A stretch of DNA of 64,000 bases from an uncultured Dehalococcoidia bacterium (GCA_964406605.1 CAYOSF010000014.1:5095-69094), one strand, 5' to 3'; counted from the stretch's first letter, positions 44,654-54,021 are shown. The notes: generated by a model from the letters alone, not told the origin. Made by a program: numbers and translations.

Positions 44654-45484
44654 TTAGGCCAAGTCTCTGGATTTCAGCAGATCCACTACGGTGTCCACTA
44701 TCGTGGATGACTTGTAGACGATGCCGAGATCAAGCATTTCTCTGGTGGTTACTACGGGCACGTTGGCGGCCGGGATCGATACGAAGTCTATCTTGCCGTG
44801 CTCTTTTCGAAAGGCCACCTCCGCTATCATGCCCAGCAAGAGTACACGGGTCCCGAAACGGAAGCCCTTCTTCGTCGAGTAACCTCCTGTGTTGCAGATG
44901 AGCACCGGACTGCCGCTGGACCCCGGAAACACTGACGCGTCCACCAGGAAGACGGGCTGTCCACCATAGTCCAACTGTGGGGGCGTCGCCGTGGTGCCTC
45001 TCCGGGCTATCGGCATGAGGTTATGCGTGTCGTAGATACCGCTTGGGTAGCCTACGAACAGAACTTCCTCGATGGCGTCCAGCTCACTGATCTGATCACG
45101 GCTGGGAACCAGGGAGTTAGGCAGCATTCTGAGGAAGAGGCTTTTCCCTTCAGCATGTGCCTTCTCCACGATCGGGGCGATAGGCATGACCGCAACATCG
45201 ATGGTCCCTTCGGGGTGCCCATGCCATGCCGAGGTCACATCTTCGAGCGTGACGTCAAGCCGCTCTCCGATTTTCGGCTGGCTGCCTTCTCTCAGCGTGA
45301 AGAAGAACCGCACTTGCTTGGCCTCGGCCAACACATGCTTGTTTGTGACAAGGACGGGCAGCATCTTCCCGTTCCACTCGTACTGGAATAGGAACGCGGT
45401 GGCGGTTCCTAGGCCGCTAGGACCGGTAACTTCCAGTCTGATTGTGCTGAAGAAGATCTGTTCATGAGGTGTTGTGACTTGCAT
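44654..45484 (-). CDS. Trypsin-like serine protease without signal peptide
   Basis: VTNKHV, IDVAV and DASVFPGSSGSPV catalytic-triad motifs. Confidence 0.88.
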   Translation of the reverse strand: MQVTTPHEQIFFSTIRLEVTGPSGLGTATAFLFQYEWNGKMLPVLVTNKHVLAEAKQVRFFFTLREGSQPKIGERLDVTLEDVTSAWHGHPEGTIDVAVMPIAPIVEKAHAEGKSLFLRMLPNSLVPSRDQISELDAIEEVLFVGYPSGIYDTHNLMPIARRGTTATPPQLDYGGQPVFLVDASVFPGSSGSPVLICNTGGYSTKKGFRFGTRVLLLGMIAEVAFRKEHGKIDFVSIPAANVPVVTTREMLDLGIVYKSSTIVDTVVDLLKSRDLA

Positions 45485-45564
45485 GCTACTCCCTTCTCAA
45501 CCCCTCCCTCATTTCCCCAGCGTGCTGGATGGCGAGTCAGGGCTGCGATTCTTTTCCGCTTCGC

Positions 45565-45588
45565 GGCGAGGCTGAAGGCCTCGCCTAC
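45565..45588 (-). repeat. GTAG-type REP-like hairpin
   Basis: Minus strand GTAG-GCGAGGC-cttca-GCCTCGCC. Confidence 0.6.
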
Positions 45589-45602
45589 GAAGAGAGGCCA
45601 CG

Positions 45603-45689
45603 TCACTCGGCCGCGTGCTGGAGCGCGGGGTGGAGCTGGAGGCCGAACCCGTCTGCCATGCGGGTGAGGTAGTTAGAGATGCCAGCCAT
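45603..45689 (-). CDS. Candidate 28-aa sORF MAGISNYLTRMADGFGLQLHPALQHAAE
   Basis: GGAGG SD with 6-nt spacing; TATACT -10 candidate at 45734-45729. Confidence 0.35.
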   Translation of the reverse strand: MAGISNYLTRMADGFGLQLHPALQHAAE

Positions 45690-45737
45690 GTCGCGCCTCC
45701 ACCGCGGTGAAAAGAATGTCGCGCGGCCAGTATAGCG

Positions 45738-45762
45738 AAAGGGCCGAACCGAAGTCCGGCCC
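45738..45762 (-). terminator. Intrinsic terminator-like hairpin with UUCG tetraloop
   Basis: Minus strand GGGCCGGAC-TTCG-GTTCGGCCC-TTT. Confidence 0.65.
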
Positions 45763-45803
45763 CTGCCACTGACACCCTATTGTACCGCAGACGGGGAAAT
45801 GAT

Positions 45804-45866
45804 GGAGGCGCGGCTTTCCAGCCGCGCCCGCGTCCGACAGATCCGAGGCTTGAAAGCCTCGGCTAC
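45804..45866. repeat. Inverted REP doublet (GGAG-type on +, GTAG-type on -)
   Basis: GGAG-GCGCGGCT-ttcc-AGCCGCGC on plus and GTAG-CCGAGGCT-ttca-AGCCTCGG on minus. Confidence 0.6.
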
Positions 45867-45870
45867 GGCG

Positions 45871-46050
45871 CTACGGGTCGTCCTCTTGTCGGATCAGCCG
45901 GTCCAATTCGGCCGGATCCATCCGCTTGACCATTGCCTCGACCTTTCGGTCATGCCGCCTATCATTCGACTGTCGAGAGTCCTTCCTGCGTCCATACTGC
46001 TTGAGGAAGTGCTGGACTCGATCCGAGAGATTGGTTCTGCGGTTGGCCAC
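45871..46050 (-). CDS. 59-aa small charged hypothetical protein (missed by the ORF track)
   Basis: GTG start 16 nt past the nadA stop; MANRRTNLSDRVQHFLKQYGRRKDSRQSNDRRHDRKVEAMVKRMDPAELDRLIRQEDDP. Confidence 0.65.
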   Translation of the reverse strand: MANRRTNLSDRVQHFLKQYGRRKDSRQSNDRRHDRKVEAMVKRMDPAELDRLIRQEDDP

Positions 46051-46065
46051 AGCTCCCGATTCCCC

Positions 46066-47274
46066 CTAGACGATCTCCAGCATGCGGTCGAGCGCTACCT
46101 TCGCCCAGCGCTTGGTCTCCTCCGGGACGACGATGCGGTTCACCACCTCGCCCCGGGCCAAGCTCTCGACCGCCCAGCAGAGGTAGGCCGGGTGGACGCG
46201 GTACATGGTCGAGCACGGGCAGACGACGGGGTCCAGGCAGAAGACGGTCTTGTCCGGGTTCTCCTTGGCCAGACGGCTCACCAGGTTGATCTCGGTGCCG
46301 ACGCCCCAGATGCTGCCCGGCGGCGACTCCGTCACCTTTCGCACGATCAGCTCCGTCGAGCCGTCGTAGTCGGCCGCCTGCACCACGTCCATGCGGCACT
46401 CGGGGTGGACGACGATCCGCACGTCCGGGAAGCGCTCCCGGGCGTCCTCGATCTGGTCGACGGTGAAGCGCTGGTGGACCGAGCAGTGGCCCTGCCAGAG
46501 GAGCGCCCGGCCTCGCTCGACATCGGCGTCGCTCATGCCGCCCAGCGAGCCGTAGGGCCTGGTGTAGTCCCACATCGGCATCTCGTCGAGCGGGATGCCC
46601 ATCCTGAGCGCGGTGTTGCGGCCCAGGTGCTGGTCGGGGAAGAAGAAGACTCGCCGGTTCTGCCGGAAGGCCCACTCGAGCACCTTGCCTGCGTTGCTGG
46701 AGGTGCAAACCGCCCCGCCGCGCTCGCCCACGAACGCCTTCAGCGTCGCCGCCGAGTTGATGTAGGTGATGGGCACGATCTCGCCAGCGATGCCCGCTTC
46801 CTCCAGCTCCGCCCAGGCCGCGTAGACGTCCTCGGGCTCGGCCATGTCAGCCATCGAGCAGCCGGCGGCCAGGTTCGGCAGCACCACCTGCTGGTGAGGC
46901 GCGCTCAGGATGTCGGCCGCCTCGGCCATGAAGTGGACGCCGCAGAAGACGGTGTAGTCCGCCTCCTCGTGCCCGGCGGCCCACTGCGAGAGCTTGAGCG
47001 AGTCGCCCCGGTAGTCGGCGAACTGAATGATGTCCTCGCGCTGGTAGTGGTGGCCGAGGACGATGCAGCGCGAGCCGAGCCGCTCCCGCGCGACCCGGAT
47101 GCGCTCGATGATCTCGGGCGCCCGCAGGTCCCAGTATTCGACCGGGATGTCCTGCTGCCAGTGGCCGAACGCGCGTTCCTGGCTGAGCGAGACCGTTTCG
47201 AGGCTGTCGCCCTCGCAGACGATGTCGGCGGGCGGGGCGACCCGTTGGGGAGTTGGGGCGCTGGCTGTAGTCAT
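46066..47274 (-). CDS. nadA: Quinolinate synthase
   Basis: LGHHYQRE, FCGVHFMAE, AGCSMADM, TYINS, CTSSNA, PDQHLG, CSVH, HPEC, CPCSTM. Confidence 0.97.
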   Translation of the reverse strand: MTTASAPTPQRVAPPADIVCEGDSLETVSLSQERAFGHWQQDIPVEYWDLRAPEIIERIRVARERLGSRCIVLGHHYQREDIIQFADYRGDSLKLSQWAAGHEEADYTVFCGVHFMAEAADILSAPHQQVVLPNLAAGCSMADMAEPEDVYAAWAELEEAGIAGEIVPITYINSAATLKAFVGERGGAVCTSSNAGKVLEWAFRQNRRVFFFPDQHLGRNTALRMGIPLDEMPMWDYTRPYGSLGGMSDADVERGRALLWQGHCSVHQRFTVDQIEDARERFPDVRIVVHPECRMDVVQAADYDGSTELIVRKVTESPPGSIWGVGTEINLVSRLAKENPDKTVFCLDPVVCPCSTMYRVHPAYLCWAVESLARGEVVNRIVVPEETKRWAKVALDRMLEIV

Positions 47275-47301
47275 GAGGTACTCCGTTCCAGAACGGACGA
47301 A

Positions 47302-47322
47302 TTAGTGTACTAGTTACACTAA
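47302..47322. promoter_or_regulatory. 21-bp palindrome, NrtR-type operator upstream of nadA
   Basis: TTAGTGTA-CTAGT-TACACTAA, containing the GT-N7-AC core. Confidence 0.75.
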
Positions 47323-47373
47323 CTCTAGCACAGTGCGATGCCAGTCGTCAACCAGTCCCAGAGTGCGACATTA

Positions 47374-47400
47374 TGTCACCCTGAGCGAAGCAAAGGGTCT
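47374..47400 (+). repeat. TGTC-type REP-like element
   Basis: TGTCACCCTGAGCGAAGCAAAGGGTCT resembles the widespread GTCA.CCTGAGCGAAGCGAAGG.TCT repeat; its inverted partner is decayed. Confidence 0.5.
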
Positions 47401-47634
47401 CGCTCTCCTGAAAGAGCGTCAGACTCCTCTCGCCGCAGGGGGCGGGACAGCGTGCCTCGGAATGGCACCGGGTGGAGCGGTGGAGCGCGTGCGCGCCTCC
47501 AACGGAGGCTCCCGCCTGGCCGACCTGATGGTCATTCGCGAAATAGGTCGACCTCAAGACCGTCGCCCAAGACATGGGCTATTCTGTCCATGACCATAAG
47601 GTCGATCCCCACGAACGTTCGGATGGGGAACCAG

Positions 47635-48117
47635 TCAGCGCAGATCTTCGCGCCACCAGCCGGTCTGTCCCGGCATCTCCTCCACACCGACCGTGATGGA
47701 CCCGACGTTGCCCGCGCCTCGCTCCGCAAGCGCGTCCCGCAGCCGCCCTCCGATCCACTCTGCCAGCCGCTCCGCTGTGGTGTTGTCGATGGGCAGCGCT
47801 ACCACGTCCGACTTCGGGAGCACCCAGCCGCGCTCCCCGAAGCGTACCTTCCAGTTGCTATCTCCCTCGTCGATCTCCAGCAGCCTGCTGTCGCGCTGGA
47901 GGAGGAACTTGTGATCCAGCTCCCGGCAGATGTCGCGTGTCATCGACTTCAGCGCGGAGAAATCGATCACCCAGCCGTCCTCCGTCAGCTCGCCCTCCAC
48001 CTCGACGGAGACCTCATAGTTGTGGCCGTGCAGCGGCTCGCAGCGGCCCTCGTACGTCGCGAAGTGGCCCGCGGCGAAGCGCAGCGTGTTCCCTTCTACG
48101 ATGACCTTATGCGCCAT
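47635..48117 (-). CDS. queD: 6-carboxytetrahydropterin / 6-pyruvoyl-tetrahydropterin synthase family
   Basis: FAAGHF, CEPLHGHNY, VIDF, LDHKFL, TTAERLA. Confidence 0.85.
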   Translation of the reverse strand: MAHKVIVEGNTLRFAAGHFATYEGRCEPLHGHNYEVSVEVEGELTEDGWVIDFSALKSMTRDICRELDHKFLLQRDSRLLEIDEGDSNWKVRFGERGWVLPKSDVVALPIDNTTAERLAEWIGGRLRDALAERGAGNVGSITVGVEEMPGQTGWWREDLR

Positions 48118-48155
48118 GACTTCCTCCAGACGGACCCACCGTTCCGATTCAATGG

Positions 48156-49421
48156 CTACAGAGTGGGCACCGGCGCCTCCGGGCGTTGGCGAGTCGGAGC
48201 ACGCTCGCTCAGCCGCCATATGGCGATCGGCAGTGACGCGGCTACCAGAACGAAGCACGCGAGCATCAAGAAGACAGACCCGGTGCCCCACCGGTCCGCG
48301 AAGAAACCGGCGAGCGTTCCCGCCACCGAGCCGATGCCGAAGGCGGCAAAGAACGAAACACCGTAGTTGCGGCCGATCGCGGCCCGCGGCGAGTAGTCCG
48401 CGATGAGGCCGGTGTAGATCGGCTGACCGCTGAAGTTGGCGAAGACGAAGAACCAGGCGAAGAGCACCAACGGCAGGCCGCTCGTGAGCCCCACCAAGAG
48501 CAGGCACGGCGCCATGCTGAACGTCAGCGGCACGGCCAGCCGTTCCAGCCGGTATCGCTCCGAGAGCATGCCGCCGAAGAGCTGTCCCATCGCTCCCCCC
48601 AGCAGTGCAACCGTCGTCAGCGCACCGGCCCATGTCGTAGCAGACGCGCCGAACCAGGAGACGTGAACGTTGTCCTCTATGTGGGTGGGCAGGAACGTGA
48701 TGCTGCCTCGATAGACGAAACCGTTGAGGATGAAGACGCCGTAGACGAGAAGCAGCGGCACGAGCGCGCGCAGCCCGCCCGCAGCCGGTTCGGCGGCAAG
48801 TCCCGGCTGCGCGTCGCCCTCATCATCGACTGCAACGGCCACAGGAGCCGTTTCCGGTGTGGACGCTGCGGGCCACTCGAGACGCACCAGGCGCAGCGAG
48901 ACGGCCATCGCCGCGGTGAGGACGGCGAGGAGCACGTACGCCCATCGCCAATCCGCGGCTTCGGCCACGCCGACCGCAACAACCGGAGTGGCCGCGACGC
49001 CCAGGTTGCCGAGCACGCCGTGCCAGCCCAGGGCGAGCCCTCGCTGCTCCGGCGCCCGCGCGATGAAGGAGATGCCCGCAGGGTGGTAGAGGCCGATGCT
49101 CAGGCCCAGCAAGGCCAGGAACAGGCCGAGCACGACGGGGTTCGGCGACGTGGCCACCAGCAGCGAGGCGCCCGCCGCCATCGCGAAGGCGATCGTGAGC
49201 ACGCGCTGGCTCCCCAGCCTATCGACGAGCACGCCGGACGGCAGGGCGGTAAGTCCGAACGTGAAGGCGAAACCGTTGGCGATGATCCCCAGGGCGAAGA
49301 GGGTCACGCCGAACTCGTCCCCGATGCGGGTGAGGAGGGCGGCGTACGTCAGCTCAGTCGCGTGGATGAGCGCATGCGCGGTCGAGATGTACGCCACCAT
49401 GCCCGCCTGTCGGGGTCTCAA
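48156..49421 (-). CDS. MFS transporter (Fsr-like)
   Basis: AHALIH, GVLVDRLGSQR, LYHPAG, GWHGVLGNLG, about 12 TMs; start 49421 (TTG) or 49400. Confidence 0.88.
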   Translation of the reverse strand: MRPRQAGMVAYISTAHALIHATELTYAALLTRIGDEFGVTLFALGIIANGFAFTFGLTALPSGVLVDRLGSQRVLTIAFAMAAGASLLVATSPNPVVLGLFLALLGLSIGLYHPAGISFIARAPEQRGLALGWHGVLGNLGVAATPVVAVGVAEAADWRWAYVLLAVLTAAMAVSLRLVRLEWPAASTPETAPVAVAVDDEGDAQPGLAAEPAAGGLRALVPLLLVYGVFILNGFVYRGSITFLPTHIEDNVHVSWFGASATTWAGALTTVALLGGAMGQLFGGMLSERYRLERLAVPLTFSMAPCLLLVGLTSGLPLVLFAWFFVFANFSGQPIYTGLIADYSPRAAIGRNYGVSFFAAFGIGSVAGTLAGFFADRWGTGSVFLMLACFVLVAASLPIAIWRLSERAPTRQRPEAPVPTL

Positions 49422-49646
49422 GACGAACGCACCTCCGAAGTCATCATGGGATACAGATTGACTATTGCGTGCGGCGTGGCGGGTGTCAAATGGAGCGGCG
49501 GCTCCGCTTGTCCGCCCTTTCCAGCCCCTGATAGAATGGAGCCCCTAGAGCGGTCGGGCTGAGCCCCACCGAAGCAGCCCTGGAGCGCGCATCCCCGTGA
49601 TCCCTTCCCGTACAAACGCCCGCCGGCCCTGCCACGAGGGCAAGCC

Positions 49647-50762
49647 GTGAGCGGTGCCTTCATGGGCCGGGCGCTGGAGCTGGCCGGCGAAGTCCAGGGC
49701 CGGACCAGCCCGAACCCCGCCGTGGGCGCGGTCGTCGTCAAGGACGGGCGCGTCGTCGGGGAAGGCGCCACCGAACCGCCCGGCGGCCGTCACGCCGAGA
49801 TCGTCGCGCTGGACGCCGCCGGCGACGCGGCGCGGGGCGCGACGCTGTACGTCACGTTGGAGCCGTGCTGCCATCAAGGCCGGACGCCACCCTGCACGGA
49901 CGCCATTCTGCGCGCGGAGGTCGCCGAGGTACGCTTCTCGCACGTGGATCCGGATGCGAACGTGGCCGGAAAGGGCCAAGCACAACTCGAAGCAGCAGGC
50001 GTCCGCGTCGTCGCCGGAGAGGGCGAGACGGAGGCGCGTCGCGTCAATGAGGCGTACCTGAAGCACCGCCAGAGCGGCCTGCCCTTCGTCATGGCCAAGT
50101 TCGCCTGCAGCCTGGACGGCAAGATCGCGGCCACCAGCGGCGACTCCCGGTGGGTGAGCGGGCCTGACACGCTCGCCTGGTCCCATCGCCTCCGCACGCG
50201 CATCGACGCCATCGCCGTGGGCGTGAGCACCATCCTGGTGGACGACCCGCAGCTCACCGCCCGGATCGAGGACTCCGACGGGGGAAGCCGGCTCGCCGAG
50301 CGACAGCCGCTCCGGGTCATCCTCGATTCGCGCGGCCGGACGCCGCGCGAGGCGAAGGCTCTGGCCTGCGGGGCGCCCACCCTCGTCGCCACCACCGGGG
50401 CATCATCCGAAGCCTGGCGCCGCGGAATCGAGGAGACGGGCGGTAAGGTCGCCGTACTCCCGGCCGATGAATCGGACCGGGTCGACCTGCCTGCCCTGCT
50501 GGGGTTGCTCGGCAGGTCGGACGTGCTGACGCTGCTGGTCGAGGGCGGCGGCGTCCTGCTCGGCTCGTTCTTCGACCAGAGGCTGGTCGACAAGGTACAC
50601 GCCGTGGTCGCGCCGATGATCATCGGCGGAGGAACGGCCCCGACCGCCGTCGCCGGGCAAGGAGCGACCCGCATGGCCGATGCACTGCGGCTGAAAGACG
50701 TGGCGGTCGAACAGCTAGGAGAGGACGTATTGGTGACCGGATACCCGGCGGATAGGGCGTAG
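49647..50762 (+). CDS. ribD: Riboflavin biosynthesis deaminase/reductase
   Basis: SPNPAVGAV, HAE, TLEPCCHQGRTPPC, SLDGKIA, VEGGG. Confidence 0.97.
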   Translation: MSGAFMGRALELAGEVQGRTSPNPAVGAVVVKDGRVVGEGATEPPGGRHAEIVALDAAGDAARGATLYVTLEPCCHQGRTPPCTDAILRAEVAEVRFSHVDPDANVAGKGQAQLEAAGVRVVAGEGETEARRVNEAYLKHRQSGLPFVMAKFACSLDGKIAATSGDSRWVSGPDTLAWSHRLRTRIDAIAVGVSTILVDDPQLTARIEDSDGGSRLAERQPLRVILDSRGRTPREAKALACGAPTLVATTGASSEAWRRGIEETGGKVAVLPADESDRVDLPALLGLLGRSDVLTLLVEGGGVLLGSFFDQRLVDKVHAVVAPMIIGGGTAPTAVAGQGATRMADALRLKDVAVEQLGEDVLVTGYPADRA

Positions 50763-50781
50763 GCCCGGAAAGGAGACGGAG

Positions 50782-51642
50782 GTGCCATTCTTCTTCAGCG
50801 TGGTTCCGGAGTACAAGAGGTTGGTTCACTTTCGATTTGGGAAGCTCGTTGGAAAGGGCGAGAAGGGACCCGGCTTCATCTTCCCCTTGTGGCCCATCAT
50901 CGACCAGGTAGTCAGTGTCGACCTGCGTGAGGACGTACTGGACGTGGAGCCGCAGACCTGCATCACCCAGGACAACGCGCCGGTGTCGGTCGACATGCTG
51001 GTCTACCTCAGGGTCGTCCAGCCTGTTGAGTCTGTGGTGAAGGTAGAGAACTTCATGTGGGCCGCCCGCGGGATGGCCATCACCACCCTGCGCGCCGTGG
51101 TCGGCGACATCATCCTGGACGACGTGCTGGCCAAGCGGGACCAGATCAACGCCACGATGCAGGTCAAGCTGGACGAAGTGACCGACCGCTGGGGCGTCAA
51201 GGTCATGGCCGTCGAGATCAAGGAGATTACGCCGCCCCGCGACATCCAGGACGCGATGAGCCGACAGATGTCCGCCGAGCGCAACCGGCGCGCGGCCGTC
51301 CTGGATGCGGAAGGGCAGCGCGAGGCCGCGATCAAGGTGGCCGAGGGGAACAAGCAAGCCGCGATCCTCAATGCGGAGGGCGAGAAGCAGTCGGCCATAC
51401 TCCATGCTGAAGGAAGACGGCAGGCCGCCATGCTGGAGGCGGAGGGGTACGCCGCCGCGCTCACCAAGATACATGAGGTGGCCCGGGGCGTGGACCCGAA
51501 CACCATGGGGCTTCAATACTTGGAGATGATGAAGGGGCTCGCCTCGAGCGAGGCCAGCAAGTGGATCGTGCCCACGGAGTTGACGCAGTTCATCTCCGCC
51601 TTTGCCCAGAACACCGGGAAGTCCGGGGACGGGCAGCAGTAG
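50782..51642 (+). CDS. SPFH/Band 7 (QmcA/stomatin-like) protein
   Basis: VDLRE, ITQDNAPVSVD, TTLRAVVG, WGVKVMAVEIKEITPP, QMSAERNRRA, repeated AEG. Confidence 0.92.
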   Translation: MPFFFSVVPEYKRLVHFRFGKLVGKGEKGPGFIFPLWPIIDQVVSVDLREDVLDVEPQTCITQDNAPVSVDMLVYLRVVQPVESVVKVENFMWAARGMAITTLRAVVGDIILDDVLAKRDQINATMQVKLDEVTDRWGVKVMAVEIKEITPPRDIQDAMSRQMSAERNRRAAVLDAEGQREAAIKVAEGNKQAAILNAEGEKQSAILHAEGRRQAAMLEAEGYAAALTKIHEVARGVDPNTMGLQYLEMMKGLASSEASKWIVPTELTQFISAFAQNTGKSGDGQQ

Positions 51643-51657
51643 AGAGGACAACGACGC

Positions 51658-52248
51658 GTGTTTACCGGCATCATCGAGGAGATAGGAACCATCCGGGAGG
51701 CGCAGACCGGCAGGCTGGTCATCAACGCCGAAAAGGTGCTCGAGAGCGCGAAGCTGGGCGACAGCATCGCCGTCAATGGCGTGGACCTCACCTGCGCCGA
51801 GCGAGATGACACCAGCTTCCTCGTCAACGTCATGCCGGAGACGTACCGCCGCACCAACCTGAGCGACCTGAAGCCGGGCGATCTCGTGAACCTGGAGCGC
51901 GCTCTGACGCTGGCCGACCCGTTGGGCGGGCACCTGGTCCGCGGCGTGGTGGAGGCTACCGGCACCCTGGAATCGCTCACGCCGGAGGCGGACGCCATCA
52001 TCGCGACGTACCAGGCTCCCCCGGAGATCCTCCGCTACGCGGTTGTGAAAGGCCCCATCACGGTCGACGGAACGAGCCTCACCGTCATCGACAAAACGGA
52101 GGACACATTCGCCGTTTCCCTGGTGGAGTACACCCAGGAGCACACCAATCTCACTCGCCGGAGTCCGGGAGATCGGGTAAACTTGGAGACGGATATCATC
52201 GCGCGCTACGTCGAGCAGCTCCTGCAAGAGCGGCCGTGGGTGAAGTGA
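51658..52248 (+). CDS. ribE: Riboflavin synthase (alpha chain)
   Basis: N-terminal MFTGIIEE, VNLERAL, GGHLV, KGPITVDGTSLTV. Confidence 0.96.
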   Translation: MFTGIIEEIGTIREAQTGRLVINAEKVLESAKLGDSIAVNGVDLTCAERDDTSFLVNVMPETYRRTNLSDLKPGDLVNLERALTLADPLGGHLVRGVVEATGTLESLTPEADAIIATYQAPPEILRYAVVKGPITVDGTSLTVIDKTEDTFAVSLVEYTQEHTNLTRRSPGDRVNLETDIIARYVEQLLQERPWVK

Positions 52249-52287
52249 CGGCGACGGGATCCACGGGCCCATAAGCCGTCTAGGACA

Positions 52288-53538
52288 ATGACCATGACGA
52301 AACACCAGGGTTCGCAATCCAAGGGCCTGGCCACCATCGAGGAGGCCATCGAGGAATACCGCGAGGGACGCTTCGTCGTCATCATCGACAACGAAGAGCG
52401 TGAGAACGAAGGTGACCTAACGCTCCCCGCGCAGTTCGTAACGCCCGAGGCGATCAACTTCATGTCCAAGTATGGCCGCGGCCTCATCTGCGTGCCCATG
52501 ACGAGGGAACGCGTCGAGCAGCTTGGCATCCCAATGATGGTCAGCCGGAACGACTCCCACTTCGGCACTCCCTTCACCGTGTCCGTCGAGGCGCGATCGG
52601 GTGTAAGTACCGGCATCTCGGCGGCGGACCGCTCGCGCACGGTGCAGGTGCTGATCGATCCCAAGAGCCGGCCGGAAGATCTGGTCATGCCCGGCCACAT
52701 GTTCCCGTTGCGCGCCCGCGAAGGCGGCGTCCTGGTACGGGCGGGCCAAACGGAGGCGGTCATCGACATGTGCAAGCTAGCCGGGCTGTACCCCGCCGGC
52801 GTCGTGTGCGAGATCATGAAGCGGGACGGCACCATGGCGCGCCTGCCGGACCTGCGGCGCTTCGTTACCCGACACGGGCTAAAGATCATCAGCGTCGACC
52901 AGCTCATCGCCTACCGCAAGCAGAATGAAAAGCTGGTGCGGAGGGTGACGGAGACCGTACTGCCCACCGAGTATGGCGAATGGCGGGCCATCGCCTACAG
53001 AAGCTCCATCGATGCCGACGAGCACGTCGCGCTGGTCATGGGTGACGTCTCCACGCCGGAGCCGGTGCTCGTGCGCGTGCACAGCCAGTGCCTGACCAGC
53101 GATGTGTTCGGCAGCCAACGGTGCGACTGCGGCGAGCAGCTCCGCTCCTCGATGCGCATGATTGAGCGGGAAGGTCGGGGCGTGGTGGTATACATGCGTC
53201 AGGAAGGCCGGGGCATCGGCCTGCACAACAAGCTGAAGGCGTACGCTCTCCAGGATGAAGGCCTGGACACGGTGGAGGCGAACGTGGCCCTCGGCTTCCC
53301 TGCCGACCGGCGTGACTATGGTATCGGCATGCAGATCCTGGTCGACCTGGGGCTGCGCGACGTCCGGATCCTGACCAACAACCCGGCAAAGCGAGCCGGA
53401 CTGGAAGGCTACGGTCTGCGGCTGGTGGAGCGAGTTCCCATCATCACCAAGCCAAACGCGCACAACGTTCGCTACCTAGAGACAAAGCGCAAGAAGCTGG
53501 GCCACGAGCTGGATCCTCCCGTGGAAGGAAGCCTGTAG
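52288..53538 (+). CDS. ribBA: Bifunctional DHBP synthase / GTP cyclohydrolase II
   Basis: ERENEGDL, TGISAADR, RVHSQCLTSDVFGSQRCDCG, QEGRGIGL, TNNPAK. Confidence 0.97.
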   Translation: MTMTKHQGSQSKGLATIEEAIEEYREGRFVVIIDNEERENEGDLTLPAQFVTPEAINFMSKYGRGLICVPMTRERVEQLGIPMMVSRNDSHFGTPFTVSVEARSGVSTGISAADRSRTVQVLIDPKSRPEDLVMPGHMFPLRAREGGVLVRAGQTEAVIDMCKLAGLYPAGVVCEIMKRDGTMARLPDLRRFVTRHGLKIISVDQLIAYRKQNEKLVRRVTETVLPTEYGEWRAIAYRSSIDADEHVALVMGDVSTPEPVLVRVHSQCLTSDVFGSQRCDCGEQLRSSMRMIEREGRGVVVYMRQEGRGIGLHNKLKAYALQDEGLDTVEANVALGFPADRRDYGIGMQILVDLGLRDVRILTNNPAKRAGLEGYGLRLVERVPIITKPNAHNVRYLETKRKKLGHELDPPVEGSL

Positions 53539-53547
53539 ATCGCGGCA

Positions 53548-54021
53548 ATGGGCACGACCTTCCAAGGTGAGCTGAAGGGAGACGGTCTGCGACTGGCGCT
53601 CGTCGTCTCACGCTTCAACGAGGTGGTGACCTCGCGGCTTCTCGCCGGGGCGCGCAGCGCCCTGGAGCGGCACGGCGTGCGAGAGGAGGACGTGGACGTC
53701 GCGTGGGTGCCCGGCTCCTTCGAGCTGCCGATGGCCGCTCATCGCCTCGCAGAGAGCCACCGCTATGACGCCCTGGTCTGCCTGGGCACCGTCATTCGCG
53801 GCGAGACGCCTCATTTCGAGTTCATCGCGGCGGAGGCGGCCCGCGGCATCGGGCAGGCTGCGCGAGACACGGGCGTGCCCATCACCTTCGGGGTGCTCAC
53901 CCCGAACACGCTGGAGCAGGCATTGGAGCGGGCCGGCGGCAAGGTGGGCAACAAGGGGTACGACGCCGCGGTGAATGCCATCGAGATGGCAAACCTCGTA
54001 CGCCAGCTCAGGCCGGACTAG
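53548..54021 (+). CDS. ribH: 6,7-dimethyl-8-ribityllumazine synthase
   Basis: [26 protein letters not shown]. Confidence 0.97.
   Translation: MGTTFQGELKGDGLRLALVVSRFNEVVTSRLLAGARSALERHGVREEDVDVAWVPGSFELPMAAHRLAESHRYDALVCLGTVIRGETPHFEFIAAEAARGIGQAARDTGVPITFGVLTPNTLEQALERAGGKVGNKGYDAAVNAIEMANLVRQLRPD

Noticed and set aside
47500-47634. Plus-strand fragment VDLKTVAQDMGYS resembling an integrase or HTH tail
   Set aside because: Too short, no start codon, and no R-H-R-Y catalytic context; a pseudogene call cannot be supported.
49540-49646. Possible FMN riboswitch upstream of ribD
   Set aside because: Only a faint resemblance (GGTCGGGCTGAGCCCCACCG); the conserved RFN segments and sufficient length are missing.
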